This document shows positions 55,434-64,000 of a stretch of 64,000 nucleotides of DNA, piece by piece. How positions within the stretch are numbered: the stretch's first letter is position 1; each line of letters opens with the position of its first letter. Where the stretch lies: NCBI RefSeq assembly GCF_009914755.1, contig NC_060929.1; one strand, given 5' to 3'. The notes beneath the pieces are model-generated. The model was not told where the DNA came from and ran no database searches. It saw only the letters and a list, made by a program, of their open reading frames with translations. Position numbers and translations under genes: made by a program. The stretch comes from the human T2T-CHM13v2.0 reference genome, Homo sapiens.

Positions 55434-55577
55434 TAATGGACATTCAAGAAATTGTATTATTGTCCAATTCACTGTATAATTGCTTGCCTGTAATTTTCAA
55501 TTGCCTTATATGTTACTGTCTATCCTTTCTTTTATAATTTTCTTTTTATCATTTGATACATATGATTGTGCTTTGGG

Positions 55578-56194
55578 TGACACAAGACCGCTACCCAGAC
55601 ATTTTTTTTTTTTAACTTTAGCATGCCTTTCAGCCAAAGATCAGCAGGAACACATCTGTTGGGTTTATTACTATTGCAGGGAAGGAAACCACACACCATG
55701 GGGAACCCTCTTAGTAAGAAGGAGTTAGAGAGGACTTACCGGATTTAGGCTTGCATTAGGTGATTTAGGGAGCAGTAAAAGAAATAGGGCTTTTGTATGG
55801 GTTGGATGATCTCAGGAAGAAGGGGTAATTCTATGATTGGGTATCTTAATAAATCTTCTGTAAAAAGAGGGGAGGCTAAGATTGTAATTGGTAAAGAAAC
55901 AGCAGTCACTCAGATTAGTAAGAACAGGGGGATGTTTGGTCCTTGTTGTGGTTTGGGCAATGTTCATATTTTTGTCTGTGTTCACACATGATACACAGTG
56001 GTCTTGTTTATATCTTGATCTATCACGGTCAACAGAGTGACCTTGAAGATCCTGATGTTCTGAGAAATTGTTTACATTCAACAGAAGAACACTATGACCC
56101 ATCTCTAAGTGCCAGGCTAGTTCCTAACAACAACAAGACCTAGCTGTAAGTGTCAGGCCAGTTTCCAGAGGTCAGGCTGCTTTTCTCATTCTTA
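55578..56194 (-). mobile_element. MER67-like ERV1 LTR
   Basis: The minus strand starts taagaatgagaaaagcagcctgacctctggaaactggcctgacacttacagctagg. Confidence 0.65.
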
Positions 56195-56373
56195 TGTATT
56201 AGCATGCTCTGTAATAGAATTTAGGTGCAGACAACAGACACCACTCTAGCTGTCTCATGAGAACATGACTTAATATAGGGAATTAGGTGCTTACAAAATT
56301 GTTGGAAGGACTGGAATAACAGCTCTGGGCTTGGAATCCAGGAACAACTCCAAGAACTGCTGCATAGAGCTAG

Positions 56374-56811
<438 letters not shown>

Positions 56812-56827
56812 TACTTTTTAAAAAATG

Positions 56828-56997
56828 TTTTATTTATTATATTTGTATGTGTTATTTTATTTAGAGATGGCATCTTTCTGTGTCACCCAGGCTGGTGTGC
56901 AGTGGTGAAATCACAGCTCACTGCAGCCTCAAACTCTTGGGCTCAAGAGATTCTCCCACCTCAGTCTCCCAAGTAGCTAACTAGGACTGCAGGCTAA
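56828..56997 (-). mobile_element. AluJ/FRAM right-arm fragment
   Basis: gtcacccaggctgg...cacagctcactgcagcctcaaactcttgggctcaag. Confidence 0.85.
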
Positions 56998-57639
56998 TTT
57001 TAACTATTACCTTTAAAGCCGTACAACACCTGCTAGGTCCATAGTAACTCCTCTGAGTCCTGCCTCTTGGCTGTCGCCAGTAGTAACCAAAGCAGCACAA
57101 CCTCTGCTACCTCTGCCACAGTATAACCCAACATTGCAATGACCACCTTTGCCAACAGCAGCGGCACAAGTTCCAGTAGCCTACTTGCTATATCACTTAC
57201 AGTTTCCAGATCTCACTTCTGCAGTCTGATTGCCTTAACCCAAATCATATCCAAAACCCTAGCTGCAAGGGAGTTTGCGAATCATATGGTTTAGGTTCTC
57301 CAGCCGCTGCAGTAGGAAGCCATACTATAAGGAGATTGGAACGGATGTTAATTTCCAAGCCAGCCTGTTCACCACCGGCCCTAACCAGAAGTAAAGAGGC
57401 CTGGATCTAAGCCTCATCCAGTCACTAATTTGCTATATAAAGTTAAAAAAATTCTCACCTTTCAGAGACTCAGTCTCCATGACCAAGTTACACTGGTTGA
57501 TAACCAAGTTTCTTTCTGATTCTAGAATTTTATGGCTCTATTATGAATTTTGTTGAAGTTTTCTTAGGTGTATTAATTTTGAAAAGCATTTTCCATACTT
57601 TTTAACATAATAATGTTTTTCTCATGAATACCCAGAGTA

Positions 57640-58189
57640 AGACTAGGAAACCTCCAAGATACCCCCTAATGAGTTTTACCTCCCAGTATTGTCACCCTCT
57701 CATGTTGAATATGGCTGACCTGTATAACCAATAGGATATTGTGCAAATGACAGTATGTGGCACCTAATTACAAGGCTAGGTAATTAAAAAATTGCAGCTT
57801 CTATCTTTGCTCTCTCTTGGATCACTTACTCTGGGTGAATCCAGCTGTCATGTCATGAGGACACTCAAGCAGCACAATGAAAAGGTCCACGTGGTGGGGA
57901 CTGAGGCCTCTTGCCAACAGTCAGCATCAACTTGCCAGCTATATGAACGAGTAAGCAAGCCGCCTTGGAAGTGAAGGCCTCAGTGCATGTCAATCCTTCT
58001 GGAGACTCCACCCCTGGCTGATATCTTGACTGCAGCCTCACGTGAAGCTTTGAGCCAGAACTACCCATCTGAATCACTCTCGAATTCCTGTCTCACAGAA
58101 ACCATATGAGATCATAAATATTGAATGCTGCTTTAAGCCATTAAGTTCTGGGGTAAATTGTAATTATGCAGCAACAGAAAATTAATGCA
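57640..58189 (+). mobile_element. MLT1E/F-type MaLR LTR
   Basis: cctccaagatacccc...ggactgaggcctcttgccaacag...ttgactgcagcctca...ctttaagccattaagttctgggg...tatgcagcaacagaaaattaatgca. Confidence 0.82.
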
Positions 58190-58513
58190 TTCCCTGATTA
58201 GTATACAAAATAGCATGAGAATTGCTGAATTTTATTTCCTAGTCTCCAGGATCAACTTTTATTTGCTTGTTCTTTTCTGACATGAAGCTGGTAGCCTTTG
58301 AGACTGTATCTCTAGACATCAGAAGTCATTAAGAAGTGTGTAAATCTGAATTAAGATTAAGTACTTATTTTCTGAGATTTAAAAAAAATGTGGTAATGGG
58401 CAGACAGAAAAATTCCTTATTGTTAACATTCTAAATAGTAACTATTTTCTCAGGAAAAATGCCAGGCATTTGAAACTTATCATAGGACTAATATATCCTT
58501 TAATAATAAAGCT

Positions 58514-58667
58514 AGCTGGGCATGGTGGATCACACCTGTAATCCCAGCACTTTGGTAGGCCGAGGCAGGAGGATTGTTTAAGGCCAGGACTTTGAGACCA
58601 CTCTGGTTAACGATAGTATGACTGCATTTCTCATAATAATTAATAATAAAATAAATAAATAATAAAA
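58514..58667 (+). mobile_element. FLAM-type Alu monomer
   Basis: Left arm, (AAT/AAAT)n tail, TSD aataaagcta. Confidence 0.85.
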
Positions 58668-58950
58668 ATAAAGCTAACGAAAGCATAATCGTTGAAATGA
58701 TTCCTTCACAGATATCCCAATCAACTCTGCAAAATGACTCTTTATCTTAATGAAGGAACTATGGTGTGTTCAGAGGTTAAAAAACATACCCATCTGTTAA
58801 GGAAAGATAAAAGTTGCTTGCTAATGAATTATTTTGGATTTTAATCTAAAAGGCAAAGAAATCAGTCTAATTTCTTGTAGTTTATGATGGTTTAAAGTTT
58901 CATCTAAGAAAGAAAGCTTAACAAAACTTGTTATATATTTCTTGACTAAC

Positions 58951-59259
58951 TTTTTATTTATTTATTTTTTAAATTGAGATGGAGTCTCTCTCTGCCACCC
59001 AGGCTGGAGTGCTGTGGTGCAATCTCAGTTTACTGCAGCCTCTGCTTCCTGGGTTCAAGCTATTCTTGTGCCTCAGCCTCCTGGTGTAGCTGGGATTACA
59101 GGCACCTGCCACCACCCCTGGCTAATTTTTTTGTATTTTTAGTAGAGACAGGGTTTTACCATGTTGGCCAGACTGGTCTCGAACTCCTGACCTCAAGTAA
59201 TCTGCCCACCTTGGCCTCCCAAAGTACTGGATTACAGGCGTGAGCTACTGCGTCCCGCC
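58951..59259 (-). mobile_element. AluS (Sx/Sz-like)
   Basis: Full dimer; 16-bp TSD atatttcttgactaac. Confidence 0.95.
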
Positions 59260-60098
59260 ATATTTCTTGACTAACATTAATTTTTATTAATGCTCTTTTC
59301 TCGATCCTGCACCCATGTCTGGTAAGGACATAGTTACTTAGAGCAGCAAACTTCCACTTATGAAAAACGAGACTGAGTGAGTTATGGAGAAGATGTTAAA
59401 TAGAAGTCTGAGTTGTAAGTACCACAGACTGTTTATGAATTGGCTTGAGAAAAAAAAAAAAAGAATTTACTGGACAGCCACTTTAGTGTCCTGGAATTCA
59501 AGTCACAGCCAAGTTTGGATAGAGCTGAGGCCTCGGGCACCAATGGAGCTGAAGCAGGAAACTCTCAGCTCTCTCCCCTCGCCTCACCTCTGCCGCTCTG
59601 GATGCCAGCTTTGTCTTCCGAAGACTGGCTTTCTTTTTGCTGTAGAAAACATGGTTGTTGGCAGTTCCTGAGTTTCATACTTTTCAGCTTTAGTCACTGA
59701 AGACTTGTTCTCTGGTTTCAAATGCCAACTTTCAATGAACTCTACCAGTGGCAGGTGGCCATGTTGATCAACATGGCTGCTCCTGCAGTAGTTGGGGAGG
59801 GAGAGAGATTTCCCAGAAAAATAAGTGGGTTGGGAAGACAAAACCATACGTACCATATGTTAGGTTTCTAGGGCTGCTGTAACAAACTACCACAAACTGG
59901 CTGGCTTAGACATCAGACATTTATTATTTCACAGTTCTGGGGTTTAGAAGTCCAAGATCACAGTTTTGGCAGGGTTGGTTCCTTCTGAGGACTCAGAGAG
60001 AATCTTCCAGGCCTCTCTCCTAGCTTTTGGTGGTTTGTTGGCAATCTCTGGCTTTCCATAAGCATCAGCCTGATCTCTGCCTTCATCTTCACACAGCA

Positions 60099-60198
60099 TC
60101 TGTTGCCCAGGCTGGAGTGCAGTGTCACAATCTTGGTTCACCGCAGCCTCGACCTCCTGGGCTCAAGCGATCTTCCCACCTTAGCCTCCCAAGTAGCT
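60099..60198 (-). mobile_element. Internal AluJ-like fragment, no tail and no TSD
   Basis: tctgttgcccaggctggagtgcagtg...cctcctgggctcaagcgatc...cctcccaagtagctg. Confidence 0.85.
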
Positions 60199-60360
60199 GC
60201 AAGTTTCCCTGTTTTATATAAAGCATCAGTCATATTAGATTAGGGCCCACCACATATTAGTATGTCTTCATCTTAACTGAGCTAATTATATCTTCAATGA
60301 CACTGTTCCCAAGTAAGGTCTCATTCTGAGGTGCTGGGGGCTAGGATTTCAACATATAAT

Positions 60361-60890
<530 letters not shown>

Positions 60891-61448
60891 GAAGGGTCTA
60901 TTCAACCCATAGGATTTCATACAGGGCAGTGCCTCATACACAGGGTATCAGAGATCAAAGAATGGAGGCAAGAGGCGAGGGCAAAGAGTCATAAACTAGA
61001 ATCATGAATTCCTTCAGATTTCATCTTGCAAGAGAGAAAAATAAGTAACAAAATCTGCATCCAGAGAAAGAAATGCGGAATTTTTTTGTGATGGTAGAGG
61101 TAAGATAACCATCAAATATGTAGAATATAATGTGAAATACCACTGTGACTGTAGTGGCAAATCAGACACGTCAACCTGCTGGGCCTGCTCCATTTTTCTT
61201 CCTCATGCTCACCTCCATTTAGCGGCGTCTATTTGCCAGGGGTGAAGGTGGGGTGGGTAGGGGTTGTTAATGGAAATCAGCAGAACAAAAATCGCAGCTT
61301 CTTGTGCTCCCCAGCAAACCTGAACAAGAGAGGGGAGCAGAGAGAATTTGGAGAGAGAAGGAAGTCAGGTGCAATGGTGAAATGCCCTGCTTCCACTCCT
61401 ACCTCCATACGAGTGCTGAAGGGAGCTTACAGTTTGGCGTTCAAGAGT

Positions 61449-61792
<344 letters not shown>

Positions 61793-62299
61793 CTACAGAT
61801 GCCCCCTGTTGCCCGGAATATTTGGAGGGCATCGAGACAGCAACAAGTGGCTCCTGGGGCCCAAGATGACAGAGGAAACCAGCAAGATCCCTGGAACCTC
61901 CATCTCCTTGCACTGCCCATCCCACGAGGCCAGATGGAAGTCTCCACTGCAGCAGCACCAGTGGACAGATGCAAACCAGCCACACTGCCATAGTGGCTGC
62001 CTGTGAACCCAGGTCCATCCAAAGGCAGGGGAGGGGCAGAATCTTTCACTGATCGAGTGTTTAATCAGCAGAGACTGATAAAGTACTCAATTAAGCTAGA
62101 TTTGGTACCTGAAATTAACATAAATTAACAGAATTAAGGTTTTCACTGTCAAAGTGGAAAATCAGAATCGGAGATCTGATTGCTTATAAAGTTCAATGAC
62201 CAAGTTGAGTGTATAAAAAATGAAAAACTATTCTGTCTGTTATGCTTTCATTTATTTAGCCATGGGATAGACTAAACACAAGCATCTCATTTGCACAGC

Positions 62300-62390
62300 A
62301 AATCAGAGGGTTGTGCTATTATTACCATTTTACAGATAAGAAGACTGAAGCCTAGGGAAGTTGAAAAACTTGGACTCAAAACCAAGTTTG
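62300..62390 (-). mobile_element. MIR core fragment
   Basis: attaccattttacagataagaagactgaagcctagggaagtt. Confidence 0.7.
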
Positions 62391-62734
62391 AGTGAATTGT
62401 ACGGCATGTGAATTTTATCTCAAAAAAGTGGCTACAAAACAAAACAAAATGAAACAGGTCTGCTTGGTCATAAAGCCCATATACCATACACCACAGAATA
62501 TATCTGGTTTAGGTTGGGCTATTGCTGGCAGGAAGAATAGGTTAGTTCAGGTCATATTCTTCCTTTTTAAGAGAGTGTGATATATCCCAAAGCAGAGATT
62601 TATTAATTTTCTTTTAAAAACAGTTCTAAGGGCCTGACAAAACAAACTGATAAAAGTTCTGCGTTTGGAAAAAACAACAACAACAAAAAAAAAAGTTTTG
62701 CATTTTTGTGTTCACGGGGATGAGAGTTCCATAA

Positions 62735-63182
<448 letters not shown>

Positions 63183-63824
63183 AGATTCATCACTTTTCAA
63201 AACTATGTTTCGTGTGCTATTAATAAAAATCTTAATTTAATCCCTTATTTAAGGCACTGGTACCACTTTGAAGAGGGAATTGCCAAATACACTAGGAGGA
63301 ATTCATACCGTTTTTATGTCCTTCTAAATGCAAAGTGGATCATAACATTATAAGATTTATGAAGAAATATTCATTCTGTTTTTTAAAGTTTCTTCTAAGT
63401 TCACAAGCACGATGACCTCTTGTTTCATAATTTATGGTAATGAATTCACGTTGTAGCTCATTTTGTAATACATTCTCTTAGAAAAATTACTTGACCTGGG
63501 GTGTTAAAATGGATATGTACTGAGATGACAAGTTTGAAAGCCTTTCAAGAGCTCTGTTCACAAGTTATCAGAGGAATGAAGGCGACATTTCAGAGTCCTT
63601 TAATTATGTCAGATGATGTGATAAGGAAAATAATATCCTAACTGACAAATCAAAATCATACGTTGGGATGAAGTCAGTTACATACACAATAGATTCCTTT
63701 CTCTTGAAAGCGATGGTCTGGACACATTTCAGTAACTTTCTTCTTTAGCCACAAACAGTGAACCACAGAGAAAGCATGAAGTCTGCATTTCTGCATGGGG
63801 CATTTTCAAAATGCTGACTTGCTG

Positions 63825-64000
63825 CCATGGAAGGTCGCCCAGCATACTGAGCAAAGTGAAAAAAATGCAAGTTGCACAACAATGCGTGCAGTGTGACACC
63901 ATTCACAGGGGAAAACAGATATGATAAGATGTATTATGATCTGATACAATACTATACTATATTATGTTATGTAGAAGGACAATTCTGAAAAGACCCAAAG
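63825..64000 (+). mobile_element. Old L1M 3' UTR fragment
   Basis: catggaagg...aagtgaaaaaaatgcaagttgcacaacaatgcgtgcagtgtgacaccatt. Confidence 0.5.

Overview
This is primate (human-like) non-coding genomic DNA, intronic or intergenic. I found no credible protein-coding exon, rRNA, tRNA or CRISPR array, and I cannot name the locus. Most listed ORFs are Alu, L1 or LTR artefacts or chance ORFs. The window is a dense mosaic of interspersed repeats: about 28 Alu copies or fragments, L1/L2/MIR fragments, MaLR/ERVL/ERV1 LTRs, and hAT or Tigger DNA-transposon fossils. Most notable: (i) a solo LTR12C (ERV9, minus strand, 47717-49325, CTGG TSD) with six CCAAT boxes, a mutated AATAAAA box and a young AluY whose T-tail is largely replaced by an A-run; (ii) an ERV remnant missed by the ORF track, in which an integrase C-terminus is fused almost directly to the PPT and 3' LTR with no env (41884-42529); (iii) unique-sequence motif clusters that look like immune or stress enhancers (ETS-IRF, PU.1, RUNX, AP-1/CRE, MARE, STAT); (iv) an unexplained old ~90-100 bp dispersed duplication at 21.2/21.9 kb. 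Repeat family names come from my memory of consensus sequences, so subfamily calls need RepeatMasker/Dfam confirmation. I see no convincing evidence of a new biological system. The best leads are regulatory.
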